This document shows positions 16,407 through 26,275 of a stretch of 64,000 nt of DNA, piece by piece. The notes beneath the pieces are model-generated. The model was given only the letters and a program-made list of their open reading frames with translations, did no database searches and had not been told where the DNA came from. Position numbers and translations under genes: made by a program. The stretch spans positions 1,293,095 to 1,357,094 of the forward strand of contig CBDFKL010000006.1 in assembly GCA_965248825.1 (NCBI GenBank), read 5' to 3'. Position 1 is the stretch's first letter. Every line of letters starts with the position of its first letter. The stretch is from Alphaproteobacteria bacterium (GTDB lineage: Bacteria > Pseudomonadota > Alphaproteobacteria > UBA828).

Positions 16407-18131
16407 ATGGTAGAGAGCGAAGCGCGAAGCGACACCCATCCTTGGGAAAAGTCCTATCCGGCAAACGTGGATTGGCACGCGTCGATCCCGACCGCGCCGC
16501 TCTACCGATTGCTCGACGATGCGGTCGCGCGCTATGGCGACCGTCCGGCCATCGATTTCATGGACCGGGTGACGAGCTATCGGGCGCTGGGTGAGCTGGT
16601 GAATCGAGCGGCCGAAGGGTTCCAGAAGCTCGGCGTCGGCAAGGGCCGCAGGGTCGGCCTCCTCCTGCCCAATTGCACGGCCTTCGTCGTGGCTTATTAC
16701 GGCGTGCTCAAGGCCGGCGGGACGGTCGTCAATTTCAACCCGCTCTACGCGATCGAAGAGATCAAGGCTCAGGTCGAGGATTCCGAGGCCGACATCCTGG
16801 TCACCCTCGATCTCGCGCTCCTCTACGACAAGGCGCGCGCCGCGCTCGAGCAGACGCGGCTCACCCACCTCGTGATCTGCCCCATGGCCGAGATGCTGCC
16901 GGGCCTCAAGAGCCTGCTCTTCCCGCTGGTCAAGCGCCGGGAGCTCGCCAAGGTGGCGCGCGATTCGCGTCATGTCTTCTTCAAGGCGTTGACCGCGAAT
17001 GCCGGCAACCCGGCGCCGGTCGACACCGACGTCGAGAACGACATCGCGGTGCTGCAATATACCGGCGGCACCACCGGCACCTCGAAAGGCGCGATGCTGA
17101 CCCACGCCAATCTCTACGCCAATACGGCGCAGTCGGTGATGATGTTTCCGGATCTCGAGACGGGCTCCGAGGTCATGGTCGGCGTGCTTCCGCTGTTTCA
17201 CGTCTTCGCCATGACCGTGGTGATGAACCTCAGCATCCATACCGGCACGAAGATGATCCTGCTGCCGCGCTTCGAGCTCGACTCCCTGCTCAAGGTGATC
17301 GACAAGAAGCGGCCGACCTTCTTCCCGGCGGTGCCGACGATCTACATCGCGATCAACGGCCATCCGGCGGTCGCGGCCAAGAAGCACGACCTCTCCTCGA
17401 TCAAGCTCTGCCTTTCGGGCGGCGCATCGCTCCCGCGCGAGGTTCAGGAGACATTCCAGACGCTCTCCGGCTGCACGCTGGTGGAGGGCTATGGCCTGAG
17501 CGAGACCGCCCCGGTCGCGACCTGCAACCCGACCACACCCGGCGGCAGCCGGGAGGGCTCCCTTGGTGTTCCGGTCCCGGGCACCGTTGTCGAGATCACC
17601 TCGGTCGACGCCCCGACCAACACGCTCCCGCAGGGCGAGACCGGAGAGATCTGCATTACCGGTCCCCAGGTCATGAAGGGCTACTGGAAGCGCGATGAGG
17701 AAAACGCGAAGACCTTGACCGGCGGCCGATTTCACACGGGCGACGTCGGCTATATCGACGAAGATGGCTATGTCTTCCTCATCGACCGGCTCAAGGAAAT
17801 CATCATCGCGGGCGGCTACAACATCTATCCGCGCCATGTCGAGGAAGCGATCTACAAGCACCCCGCAGTGCTCGAAGTGACCGTCATCGGCGTCGACGAC
17901 GCCCATCGCCAGCAGACCGCCAAGGCCTTCGTTCGGCTGAAAGAAGGCGAAAGCCTGACCGAAGAGGCGCTGACGGATTTCCTCAAGGACAAGCTCTCGC
18001 CGATCGAGATGCCGAAGCAGATCGAGTTTCGCGCCGAGCTGCCGAAGACGATCATCGGCAAGCTCTCCAAGAAGGAGCTGATCGCCGAAGAGGCCGCCAA
18101 ACGGAGCGAGAGCACCGGTGCATCGGCATGA
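16407..18131 (+). CDS. fadD: Long-chain-fatty-acid--CoA ligase (FadD-like)
   Basis: Contains YTGGTTGTSKGAMLTHANL and GYGLSETAP plus the C-terminal PKTIIGKLSKKEL lysine motif. It is divergent from the previous ligase. Confidence 0.85.
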   Translation: MVESEARSDTHPWEKSYPANVDWHASIPTAPLYRLLDDAVARYGDRPAIDFMDRVTSYRALGELVNRAAEGFQKLGVGKGRRVGLLLPNCTAFVVAYYGVLKAGGTVVNFNPLYAIEEIKAQVEDSEADILVTLDLALLYDKARAALEQTRLTHLVICPMAEMLPGLKSLLFPLVKRRELAKVARDSRHVFFKALTANAGNPAPVDTDVENDIAVLQYTGGTTGTSKGAMLTHANLYANTAQSVMMFPDLETGSEVMVGVLPLFHVFAMTVVMNLSIHTGTKMILLPRFELDSLLKVIDKKRPTFFPAVPTIYIAINGHPAVAAKKHDLSSIKLCLSGGASLPREVQETFQTLSGCTLVEGYGLSETAPVATCNPTTPGGSREGSLGVPVPGTVVEITSVDAPTNTLPQGETGEICITGPQVMKGYWKRDEENAKTLTGGRFHTGDVGYIDEDGYVFLIDRLKEIIIAGGYNIYPRHVEEAIYKHPAVLEVTVIGVDDAHRQQTAKAFVRLKEGESLTEEALTDFLKDKLSPIEMPKQIEFRAELPKTIIGKLSKKELIAEEAAKRSESTGASA

Positions 18132-18185
18132 TCGCGGCCTGACGCCGAGCGCCACGACACTCGACGAAACGCGAGGTCACCGCCG

Positions 18186-19322
18186 ATGAAACCTGCCGTC
18201 ATTGCTGGCTACGTCCGCTCGCCCTTTCACTTCGCCCACAAGGGCGCGCTGGTCGAGAAACGGCCGGACGATCTCGCGGCCGATGTCGTGCGCGGCCTGA
18301 TCGCCGAGACCGGTGTCGATCCGCAAGAGATCGAGGACTTGATCATCGGCTGCGCCTTTCCCGAGGGCGAGCAGGGATTCAACCTCGGCCGCATCGTCGC
18401 CATGGTCGCGGATCTGCCGGTCTCGGTTGCCGGTGCGACGATCAATCGTTTCTGCGGCTCTTCGATGCAGGCGATCCATATCGCGGCCGGCGCGATCCAA
18501 ATGGAGGCCGGCGAGGCATTCATCTGCGCCGGTGTCGAATCGATGAGCCGCGTACCCATGGGCGGCTTCAACCCGATGCCGAATCCGGACCTCTACGAGA
18601 AGAACGAGGGCGCCTACATGTCCATGGGCGAGACGGCCGAGAATCTCGCCAGAAAATATCAGATCACCCGGGAGGAGCAGGAGGCGCTGGCAGTCACGAG
18701 CCACAGCCGCGCCGCCGCCGCCTGGGAGGCCGGCAAGTTCGCCGGTGAGGTGATCGCCGTCGAGACCGGCACCGGCACGGTCGAGCGCGATGGCTGCATC
18801 CGCGCGGCCACCGACGCCGAGATCCTGGCCGGCCTCGAGCCCGCGTTCGATGCGGACGGCACCGTCACGGCCGGGACCTCCTCGCCGCTCACCGACGGTG
18901 CGGCGGCGGTGCTGGTCTGCACCGAGGATTTCGCCGCGCGCAACGGGCTCACCGTTCTTGCTCGGATCAAGGCCATCGCGGTGGCCGGCTGCCGGCCCGA
19001 GATCATGGGCTACGGCCCCGTGGTCTCCTCCGAAAAGGCGCTCGGACGGGCCGGGATCAAGATGGCCGACATCGACGTGATCGAGCTCAATGAAGCCTTC
19101 GCGGTGCAGGCGCTCGCCTGCGTGCGTGAGCTCTCGATCGACCTCGAGCGTATGAATCTCGACGGCGGCGCGATCGCCATCGGCCATCCGCTCGGCGCGA
19201 CCGGCGCGCGCATCACCGGCAAGGCCGCGCAACTCCTCAGGCGCGAGGACAAGCGCTACGCGCTCGCCACCCAATGTATCGGCGGCGGGCAGGGCATCTC
19301 GACCGTCCTCGAGGCCGCTTGA
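18186..19322 (+). CDS. fadA: Acetyl-CoA C-acyltransferase (3-ketoacyl-CoA thiolase)
   Basis: Contains the thiolase active-site Cys region NRFCGSSMQA and the C-terminal NLDGGAIAIGHPLGATGAR and CIGGGQG motifs. Confidence 0.9.
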   Translation: MKPAVIAGYVRSPFHFAHKGALVEKRPDDLAADVVRGLIAETGVDPQEIEDLIIGCAFPEGEQGFNLGRIVAMVADLPVSVAGATINRFCGSSMQAIHIAAGAIQMEAGEAFICAGVESMSRVPMGGFNPMPNPDLYEKNEGAYMSMGETAENLARKYQITREEQEALAVTSHSRAAAAWEAGKFAGEVIAVETGTGTVERDGCIRAATDAEILAGLEPAFDADGTVTAGTSSPLTDGAAAVLVCTEDFAARNGLTVLARIKAIAVAGCRPEIMGYGPVVSSEKALGRAGIKMADIDVIELNEAFAVQALACVRELSIDLERMNLDGGAIAIGHPLGATGARITGKAAQLLRREDKRYALATQCIGGGQGISTVLEAA

Positions 19323-21649
19323 TGACAATCGAAAAGGCCGCCGTCATCGGGGCGGGCCTGATGGGCGGCGGCATCGCCGCCCACATTGCCAATGCCGGCC
19401 ACGACGTCGTGTTGCTCGACATCGTGCCCGAGGGTGTCAGGAACCGGAATGCACTGGCCGAGGGTGCGGTCGAGAAGATGCTCAAGACCGAGCCCGCGCC
19501 ATTCATGGATAAGGCGGACGCGAAGCGGATCAAGACCGGCAATTTGGAGGACCATCTCGGCCTCTTGGAGGACGCGGACTGGATCGTCGAGGCGGTGATC
19601 GAGAAGGCCGACATCAAGCAGGCGGTCTATCGCCGGATCGATTCGGTGCGCAAGGCGGGCTCGATCGTCTCGTCCAACACCTCGACGATCCCGAGCCATG
19701 TGCTGTGTCGCGGCATGCCGGAGGCCTTCGTCCGTGATTTCCTGATCACGCATTTCTTCAATCCGCCGCGCTACATGCGGCTCTTGGAAGTGGTGTCGGG
19801 CCCAGCTACCCGGCCGGATGCGGCCGCGGCCGTGTGCGATTTCGCCGACCGCAAGCTCGGCAAGGGCGTCGTCGCGTGCAAGGACACGCCGGGTTTCATC
19901 GCAAACCGCATCGGGACCTATTGGATCATCGCCGCGGTCAAGGAAGCCCTCGACGGTGCGGTCACCATCGAGGAGGCGGATGCCGTGCTGTCCCGCCCGA
20001 TCGGCGTGCCGAAGACCGGCGTCTTCGGGCTGATCGATCTGGTCGGCCTCGACTTGATGCCGCTGGTCGGGCGCAGTCTTTATGAAGCGCTGCCCGAGGG
20101 CGACGCCTTCCGCGCGATCTACAACGAGCCCGCGATCATCGCCTCGATGATCGCGGACGGCTATGTCGGCCGCAAAGGCAAGGGCGGCTTCTATCGGTTG
20201 AAACCGGGATCCGAAAAGAGAGAGAAGGAGGCGCTCGACCTCTCATCGGGCGACTATCGGCTGGCCGAGCGCCCGAAACTGGAGAGCATCTCGCAAGCCG
20301 AAGGCTCGCTCCGGCGGCTCTTCGAGTTTCCGGACGAGACCGGGGCCTATGCATGGCGCGTGATGTCCGGGACGCTGGCCTACGCGGCCGCGTTGGTGCC
20401 CGAGATCGCCGACGAGGTCGACGCGGTCGATCGCGCCATCCGGCTCGGCTACAACTGGAAAGCGGGCCCTTTCGAGCTGATCGACAAGCTCGGCGCGGGC
20501 TGGTTCGCCGAGAAGCTCTCCGGCGAGGGCCGTCCGCTACCGCCGCTGCTCGAAAAGGCCGCCGAGCGCGACGGTTTCTACCGGCTCGCGGACGGCCGCT
20601 ACGAGCAGCTCACTGGCGGGGGCGCCTACGCCTCGATCGAGCGGCCGGCCGGCGTGCTGCTGCTCTCCGACGTCAAGCGCGGGCAGGAGCCGCTCGCACG
20701 CAACGGCTCGGCGAGCCTCTGGGACCTCGGCGACGGGGTCGCTTGCCTCGAGTTCCACACCAAGATGAACGCGCTCGACGCCGAGATCATGGCGCTGATC
20801 GGCCGGTCGATCGAGATCGTCGGCACGGACATGAAGGCGCTCGTGATCTACAACGAGGGCAGCAACTTCTCCGTCGGGATGAATCTCGGCCTCGCGCTCT
20901 TCGTCGTCAATATCGGCGCTTGGCAGATGGTCGAGGACACGGTGAAGCAGGGCCAGGAGGCCTTCAAGGCGCTCAAGTTCGCGCCCTTTCCGGTGGTCGG
21001 CGCGCCGTCCGGCATGGCGCTCGGCGGCGGCTGCGAGGTCTTGCTGCACTGCGACGCCGTCCAAGCGCACGCCGAGAGCTATATCGGCCTGGTCGAGGCC
21101 GGCGTCGGGATCGTGCCCGGTTGGGGCGGCTGCAAGGAGTTGATGCTGCGCGGTCTGAGCGACGGTAAGCGGGGTTTCGGCGGCGCGATGCCGGCGATCT
21201 CCAAGGCGTTCGAGACGATCGGCCTCGCCAAGGTCTCACGCTCGGCGAAACAGGCGCGGCGCCTCGGTTTCCTGCGAGAGGGCGATACCATCACCGCCAA
21301 CCGCGACCGTCTGCTGGCCGACGCCAAGGCGAAGGCGCTGGCGCTTGTCGAGAATTACACGGCGCCCGAGCCCCGGACCGTCAAGCTCCCCGGCAAGACC
21401 GCCCGCGTCGCGCTCAAGATGGCCGTGAGGGGGCTCGCGAAGACGCGCAAGGCCACGCCGCACGATCTGGTCGTGGTCGAGCATCTCGGCACTATTCTGA
21501 CCGGCGGCGACACCGATGCGACCAGGGAGGTTTCAGAGGATCGGCTATCCGCGCTTGAGCGCGATGCGCTGCTCGCCTTGATCCGCACCCCGGAAACCAT
21601 CGCCCGCATGGAGCACATGCTGGAGACCGGCAAGCCGCTCCGGAATTAG
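19322..21649 (+). CDS. Bifunctional 3-hydroxyacyl-CoA dehydrogenase (N-terminal) / enoyl-CoA hydratase (C-terminal) beta-oxidation protein
   Basis: The start MTIEKAAVIGAGLMGGGIA (NAD Rossmann of the 3HCDH domain) overlaps the thiolase stop by 1 nt. The C-terminal half has a crotonase fold (…FSVGMNLG…, …GMALGGGCEV…). Confidence 0.85.
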   Translation: MTIEKAAVIGAGLMGGGIAAHIANAGHDVVLLDIVPEGVRNRNALAEGAVEKMLKTEPAPFMDKADAKRIKTGNLEDHLGLLEDADWIVEAVIEKADIKQAVYRRIDSVRKAGSIVSSNTSTIPSHVLCRGMPEAFVRDFLITHFFNPPRYMRLLEVVSGPATRPDAAAAVCDFADRKLGKGVVACKDTPGFIANRIGTYWIIAAVKEALDGAVTIEEADAVLSRPIGVPKTGVFGLIDLVGLDLMPLVGRSLYEALPEGDAFRAIYNEPAIIASMIADGYVGRKGKGGFYRLKPGSEKREKEALDLSSGDYRLAERPKLESISQAEGSLRRLFEFPDETGAYAWRVMSGTLAYAAALVPEIADEVDAVDRAIRLGYNWKAGPFELIDKLGAGWFAEKLSGEGRPLPPLLEKAAERDGFYRLADGRYEQLTGGGAYASIERPAGVLLLSDVKRGQEPLARNGSASLWDLGDGVACLEFHTKMNALDAEIMALIGRSIEIVGTDMKALVIYNEGSNFSVGMNLGLALFVVNIGAWQMVEDTVKQGQEAFKALKFAPFPVVGAPSGMALGGGCEVLLHCDAVQAHAESYIGLVEAGVGIVPGWGGCKELMLRGLSDGKRGFGGAMPAISKAFETIGLAKVSRSAKQARRLGFLREGDTITANRDRLLADAKAKALALVENYTAPEPRTVKLPGKTARVALKMAVRGLAKTRKATPHDLVVVEHLGTILTGGDTDATREVSEDRLSALERDALLALIRTPETIARMEHMLETGKPLRN

Positions 21650-21679
21650 TCCAACGACGGCGGGCGCGGGAGTGATCGC

Positions 21680-22516
21680 ATGAGCGGTGTGGCCTGGAAC
21701 ATCGGGGTGGTTCAGATGGACTGCGCCGCCGGCGAAACGGAGCGGAACCTCGCGACGATTGCGCAGTTCGCGCGGATGGCGGCTGCCCGCGAAGCCGATC
21801 TGGTCGTCTTCCCGGAATGCGCCACCACCGGCTACTTCCTCGGCAGCCGGCTCGAGGATCTTGCCGAGCCGCCGGACGGGCCGACCGCCCGGCGGCTCGG
21901 CGAGATCGCCCGAGAGAATGCGCTCACCATGGCTGTCGGCGCCTACACGCGAAAGGACGGCGGCATCTACGATTCGCAGTTCCTGTTCGGCCCCGACGGG
22001 CGCTGCCTCGCGGTCTACGACAAGGCTCACCTGTTCGCGAGCGAGCGCGAAAGCTGCCGCCCCGGCGATCGGCCATGCGTGGTCGAGACCGCGCTCGGCA
22101 AGATCGGCATGACGATCTGCTACGACTTCATCTTTCCCGATTACGTGCGCCATCTGGTCGATCTCGGTGCCGACCTGATCGTCAACAGCACCGACTGGAT
22201 CAGCGATGCCTATCAACGGGAGACCTGGGGTTGGACCGGGACGGTGACCCAGAGCCTCGCCGCGACCCGCGCCCTCGAAAATCTTACCTTCGTCGCGATG
22301 GCAAACCGGGTCGGCAGCGAGGACGCGGCCCCCGGCCTCTCCTTCACCAGTCTGGGCCATTCCTGCGTTGCCGGCCCTTCCGGCAAGATCCTCACCTCGA
22401 TTCCGGAGGGTGAGGGGCTCGCGATTGCGCGCATCGACCTCGCGCGGGAGGATCTCGATCGTTGGCGTGCCATCGCAACATACCGCGAGGATCGCCGCCC
22501 CGAGTTGATGACATGA
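21680..22516 (+). CDS. Carbon-nitrogen hydrolase (nitrilase/amidase superfamily)
   Basis: Contains the catalytic triad context …[11 protein letters not shown]… (Glu), …YDKAHLF… (Lys) and …GMTICYD… (Cys). Confidence 0.8.
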   Translation: MSGVAWNIGVVQMDCAAGETERNLATIAQFARMAAAREADLVVFPECATTGYFLGSRLEDLAEPPDGPTARRLGEIARENALTMAVGAYTRKDGGIYDSQFLFGPDGRCLAVYDKAHLFASERESCRPGDRPCVVETALGKIGMTICYDFIFPDYVRHLVDLGADLIVNSTDWISDAYQRETWGWTGTVTQSLAATRALENLTFVAMANRVGSEDAAPGLSFTSLGHSCVAGPSGKILTSIPEGEGLAIARIDLAREDLDRWRAIATYREDRRPELMT

Positions 22517-23574
22517 GTGTTGCGAGCGCCGCCGCGCTGCCCGCGCGCATCGCTGACGAGGCGGCGCTCGAGGATCTGATGACCACGCCGGGCGCGGCGC
22601 TCCGCGCCGCCCTCGCCCGGGTGGCGGGCGACATCGTCGTGCTCGGCGTCGGCGGCAAGATGGGGCCGACCCTGGCCGGCCTCGCCAAGCGTGCGGCTCC
22701 CGACAAGCGTGTCGTCGGCGTCGCCCGCTTCTCGGATCCCACCGTCCGCGAGAAGCTCGCCGCCTGGGATGTCGAGCCGATCGAATGCGATCTCCTGGAT
22801 CGGGACGCCGTGGCCGACCTGCCGAGGCTGCCCAACGTCGTCTTCATGGCAGGCCGCAAGTTCGGTGCGGTCGGCGACGACGACCTGACCTGGGCGATGA
22901 ACGCTCATGTGCCCGCGATCGTCGCCGAGACCTTTCGTGACTCCAGGATCGTCGCCTTCTCGACCGGCTGCGTGTACCCGTTCGTCGACATTCGCCATCA
23001 GGGCGCGACTGAAGAGACGCCGCCGACCCCGCCGCCCGGCGAATACGCCAATTCCTGCGTCGGGCGTGAGCGGTTGATCCAGTATTTCTCGCGCCGTTTC
23101 GACAATCCAGGTCGTCTGGTTCGGCTGAACTACGCGATCGATATGCGCTACGGCGTGCTTCATGACGTGGCCTGCAAGGTCCGCGACGGCACGCCAATCG
23201 ACCTCACCACCGGCCATGTCAACGTCATCTGGCAGGGAGACGCCAACGCCATGGCGCTGCGCTGCCTTGAGCACTGCACCGTGCCGGCCTCGCCCATCAA
23301 TGTGAGTGGTCCTGAAACCGTGAGCGTCCGCGCCCTGGCTCAAGCTTTCGGCCAGCGGCTGGGGAAGGAGCCCGCCTTCCTCGGCGAGGAAGCGCCGAGC
23401 GGATGGCTGGTCAATACGCGGCGCGCCTGCGCCCTCTTCGGCTATCCGAGCGTTCCGCTGGGGCTGATGATCGACTGGGTCGCGGACTGGGTGGCGCGCG
23501 ACATGCCGGGCCTCGCCAAGCCCACCCAGTACGAGGTGCGGGACGGTGTGTTCTCCGCGCCGGTGGCGCCATGA
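22513..23574 (+). CDS. NAD-dependent epimerase/dehydratase family protein
   Basis: The start MSVASAAAL overlaps the previous stop by 4 nt. Contains the Rossmann VLGVGGKMG motif and an extended-SDR fold. The ORF N-terminal extension was rejected. Confidence 0.7.
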   Translation: MSVASAAALPARIADEAALEDLMTTPGAALRAALARVAGDIVVLGVGGKMGPTLAGLAKRAAPDKRVVGVARFSDPTVREKLAAWDVEPIECDLLDRDAVADLPRLPNVVFMAGRKFGAVGDDDLTWAMNAHVPAIVAETFRDSRIVAFSTGCVYPFVDIRHQGATEETPPTPPPGEYANSCVGRERLIQYFSRRFDNPGRLVRLNYAIDMRYGVLHDVACKVRDGTPIDLTTGHVNVIWQGDANAMALRCLEHCTVPASPINVSGPETVSVRALAQAFGQRLGKEPAFLGEEAPSGWLVNTRRACALFGYPSVPLGLMIDWVADWVARDMPGLAKPTQYEVRDGVFSAPVAP

Positions 23575-24632
23575 ACCTCGTCTGGCGCGAGGTGCCGGCG
23601 CCGGTACGGGCGGCACTCGCCCGCGGCGTCGTGATTCCGGCGCATCCGTTGGCCCTCGATGCCGGGCGCCGGCTCGACGAGCGGCGCCAGCGCGCGCTCA
23701 CCCGCTACTACCTCGATGCGGGCGCCAGCGGCCTCGCGGTCGGCGTGCACACGACCCAGTTCGCCATCCGCGAGGCCGGCCTCTACGAGCCGGTGCTCAG
23801 GCTCGCCGCCGAGACCGCCGAGACTTGGACCGAACGGCCGCTGGTGCGGATCGCCGGCCTCGTCGGGCGGACAGAGCAGGCTCTCGCCGAGGCCGATATC
23901 GCCCTCGGCCTCGGCTATCACGCCGGGCTGGTGAGCCTCGCCGCCTTCGCAGGCGCGAGCGAGGACGAGCGAATCGCCCATTGCGCGCGGCTCGCCGAGC
24001 GGATTCCTCTGGTCGGCTTCTATCTACAGCCTGCGGTGGGCGGGGTCGTGCTCGGGCCCTCCTTCTGGCGCCGGTTCGCCGCTCTCGACAATGTGGCGGC
24101 GATCAAGATCGCGCCGTTCAACCGCTACCGCACCCTCGATGTCGTCCGCGGCATCGTCGAAGCCGGTGCGGAAGACCGCATCACCCTCTATACCGGGAAT
24201 GACGACCATATTCTCCTGGACCTGGTCACGCCCTATCGCCTGGTACGCGATGGCGTCGGCGTTACGGTGCGCATAAAGGGCGGGCTGCTGGGGCATTGGA
24301 GCGTCTGGGTCAAGCGCGCCGTGGAATTGCTCGACCATGTCCACGCGGCGGTCGAGGGGGGTGCTGTGGACTCCGGTTTTCTGGCGCTGGATGCCCAGAT
24401 CACCGATTGCAACGCCGCGCTCTTCGACGCAAGGAACGACTTTCGGGGCTGCATTGCCGGCTGTCACGAGGTGCTCCGCCGCCAGCGCCTCCTCCGGGGG
24501 ACTTGGTGCCTCGATCCGGAGGAAGGGCTGAGCCCCGGCCAAGCCGCCGAGATCGACCGCGTCTGCGCCGCCTACCCGGCGCTCACCGACGACGACTATG
24601 TCCGCGCCAATCTCGCGCGCTGGCTTGCCTGA
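23571..24632 (+). CDS. Dihydrodipicolinate synthase (DapA/NAL) family class I aldolase-like protein
   Basis: The start [12 protein letters not shown] overlaps the previous stop (ATGA). DapA-family (beta/alpha)8 signatures are present (…[13 protein letters not shown]…, …LYTGNDD…, K in …AAIKIAPF…). Confidence 0.7.
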   Translation: MNLVWREVPAPVRAALARGVVIPAHPLALDAGRRLDERRQRALTRYYLDAGASGLAVGVHTTQFAIREAGLYEPVLRLAAETAETWTERPLVRIAGLVGRTEQALAEADIALGLGYHAGLVSLAAFAGASEDERIAHCARLAERIPLVGFYLQPAVGGVVLGPSFWRRFAALDNVAAIKIAPFNRYRTLDVVRGIVEAGAEDRITLYTGNDDHILLDLVTPYRLVRDGVGVTVRIKGGLLGHWSVWVKRAVELLDHVHAAVEGGAVDSGFLALDAQITDCNAALFDARNDFRGCIAGCHEVLRRQRLLRGTWCLDPEEGLSPGQAAEIDRVCAAYPALTDDDYVRANLARWLA

Positions 24633-24648
24633 GGCCGTCGCCCCCGCA
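24496..24648. repeat. Direct repeat copy 1 (about 150 bp): authentic 3' end of the dapA-family gene
   Basis: About 90% identical to 26019..26170. It encodes …[44 protein letters not shown]. Confidence 0.8.
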
Positions 24649-24878
24649 GAACTCCGCCACAAGCGGTCTGAACGGTTCCAAGGACAATTTCATGCTGCGT
24701 CGGACAGGCGCGCGGCTCACTGTGCTTCGCGCGGCACGGCGGTGCCGCGCTGACCGACCAGGAAATCGAGGTCGACGCCGCGGTCGGCCCGATCGATCCG
24801 CACCCCGGGAATCATTTCCGTCCGGTGCCCGCCATTGGCCCCGGCCAGGCGCGGATGACGGGATCCTCGCCGCTAACG

Positions 24879-25217
24879 CTAACTACCGAGAGAGGCGAGG
24901 GCCTCCGTCCGGGAGCCGTGGATCGGGATGATCTTGTCGAAACCGCTGATCTGAAAGACCTCCGTGACTGAATCGGAAAGCGAGCAAAGCGCAATTTCAA
25001 TGTCTCGTTTCCCGAGAGCCTTGGCGATCAGCAGGATGGCGCGGAGGCCTGCGCTGCTGATGTAGGAGAGGTTTTCGCAGTCGATGATCACGGCGCCTTC
25101 GCGTTCGCCGATTGCGGCGTGCATCGCTTTTTCGAAGTCACGCGCGTTGGTGCCGTCTATGCGGCCGTCCGCCTTGGCAATCAGCGTTCCGTTTTCGCTT
25201 TCGATGCTTATTTCCAT
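24879..25217 (-). CDS. STAS-domain protein (anti-sigma-factor antagonist SpoIIAA-like)
   Basis: The start MEISIESENGTLIAKADGRIDGTNARDFEKAM… resembles SpoIIAA/RsbV (alternating beta/alpha, conserved …ENLSYISSAGLRAIL… with the phosphorylatable Ser context). About 112 aa. Confidence 0.65.
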   Translation of the reverse strand: MEISIESENGTLIAKADGRIDGTNARDFEKAMHAAIGEREGAVIIDCENLSYISSAGLRAILLIAKALGKRDIEIALCSLSDSVTEVFQISGFDKIIPIHGSRTEALASLGS

Positions 25218-25275
25218 CGCTCCTGCTTTCCCGCGTCGTGAAATACCGTCCGAGTTCTCGAGTGAGAGATCAGTG

Positions 25276-25887
25276 TCAGTGCACCGGCGCCATTGCGAAG
25301 GCAAGAGAGGCTTTGATGTCCCGGACCGCCTTCGCGACCTCCCGGCCGATCAAGTCCATCTTGCGGATCTGTTCGATGCGTGGAGCCGTACCCTTCAACT
25401 CTCGATTGGAAAGCAGACTCCCGAAAATACCGCATACGTCCGCAAGGGAGATGATGACGATGTCGCGCGCATCCGGAATATCATCGCCGAACAGCACCCC
25501 CATGATCCGCAGCTTCACCTCGCGAATGGTCCGGTCGTCGACGATCGGATAGCGTCGCGTCTGGAACACCCACAGGAAACGGTCGTCCTCCCGGCGCAGA
25601 ATGCCGCGCTCGACGAGACGGGCGAGGGAGCGTTCGCGGATTTCACCGGCCCGCGGAATCGTTTGCTCGATCCAATAGCGGGCGCCGCGCGTCTCCGTCG
25701 ATTGCACGATATGAGCAAGCGTCGGGTCGAGCAGATCGTCCTCGACCGGTGCCGGATCGATCACGAAGAGCCGTTCCGGATCGGTATCGATCCGGAACTC
25801 CAGGGCCAAATCCATCAGAACCGCGCCCGCAAGAGCGTATTCGAGCGATAGCGCGGGAACGTCTGCGAACTTCCCGCCCTTAGTCAT
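25276..25887 (-). CDS. GOLPH3/VPS74 (GPP34)-like protein
   Basis: 203-aa protein containing LSLEYALAGAVLMDLALEFRI, which resembles the GPP34 signature (LxxALxGAxLxELALxGRI). It is immediately upstream of and co-directional with the STAS gene. The assignment is from memory of the family motif. Confidence 0.45.
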   Translation of the reverse strand: MTKGGKFADVPALSLEYALAGAVLMDLALEFRIDTDPERLFVIDPAPVEDDLLDPTLAHIVQSTETRGARYWIEQTIPRAGEIRERSLARLVERGILRREDDRFLWVFQTRRYPIVDDRTIREVKLRIMGVLFGDDIPDARDIVIISLADVCGIFGSLLSNRELKGTAPRIEQIRKMDLIGREVAKAVRDIKASLAFAMAPVH

Positions 25888-26018
25888 CGAGTAGAAGCAG
25901 CATGATCTCTTCGGAAAATCTCAGCACGGATACGTTTCCCGGCCCGAAGGAACGAAGATCATCGCATACGACCGGAGGCAGTTCCATCGCTTCCGGCTCC
26001 GACGCCGAGGACTCCTCC

Positions 26019-26170
26019 GGGGGAATTGGTGCCTCGACCCGGAGGAAGGGCTGAGCCCCGGCCACGCCGCCGAGATCGACCGCGTCTGCGCCGCCTACCT
26101 GGCACTCACCGACGACGACTATGTCCGCGCCGATCTCGCGCGCCGGCCCGCCTGAGGCCGCCGCCCCGCG
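26019..26170. repeat. Direct repeat copy 2 (about 150 bp): diverged, displaced duplicate of the dapA-family 3' end
   Basis: In the same frame it encodes [44 protein letters not shown] with a TGA at the equivalent position. It differs from copy 1 by both synonymous and nonsynonymous changes. Confidence 0.8.
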
Positions 26171-26275
26171 CCCCGCCATTGCCGCGCGGCTCTTGCTGCC
26201 CTACGCTAACCCGTTCCGGCGGCCGTGCGCTCCGAGGATCGCCGCGGCCGTTCAGCGCTGACGGGGAGACGCAGC

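Larger units (their letters stand above)
24649..26018. mobile_element. About 1.37-kb low-GC inserted cassette (STAS-domain gene plus GOLPH3/GPP34-like gene) bounded by the 150-bp duplication; no integrase or transposase inside
   Basis: G+C is visibly lower (many AT-rich codons and spacers) than the about 67% flanks. It sits exactly between the two repeat copies and carries two minus-strand genes unrelated to the flanking catabolic operon. Confidence 0.4.
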
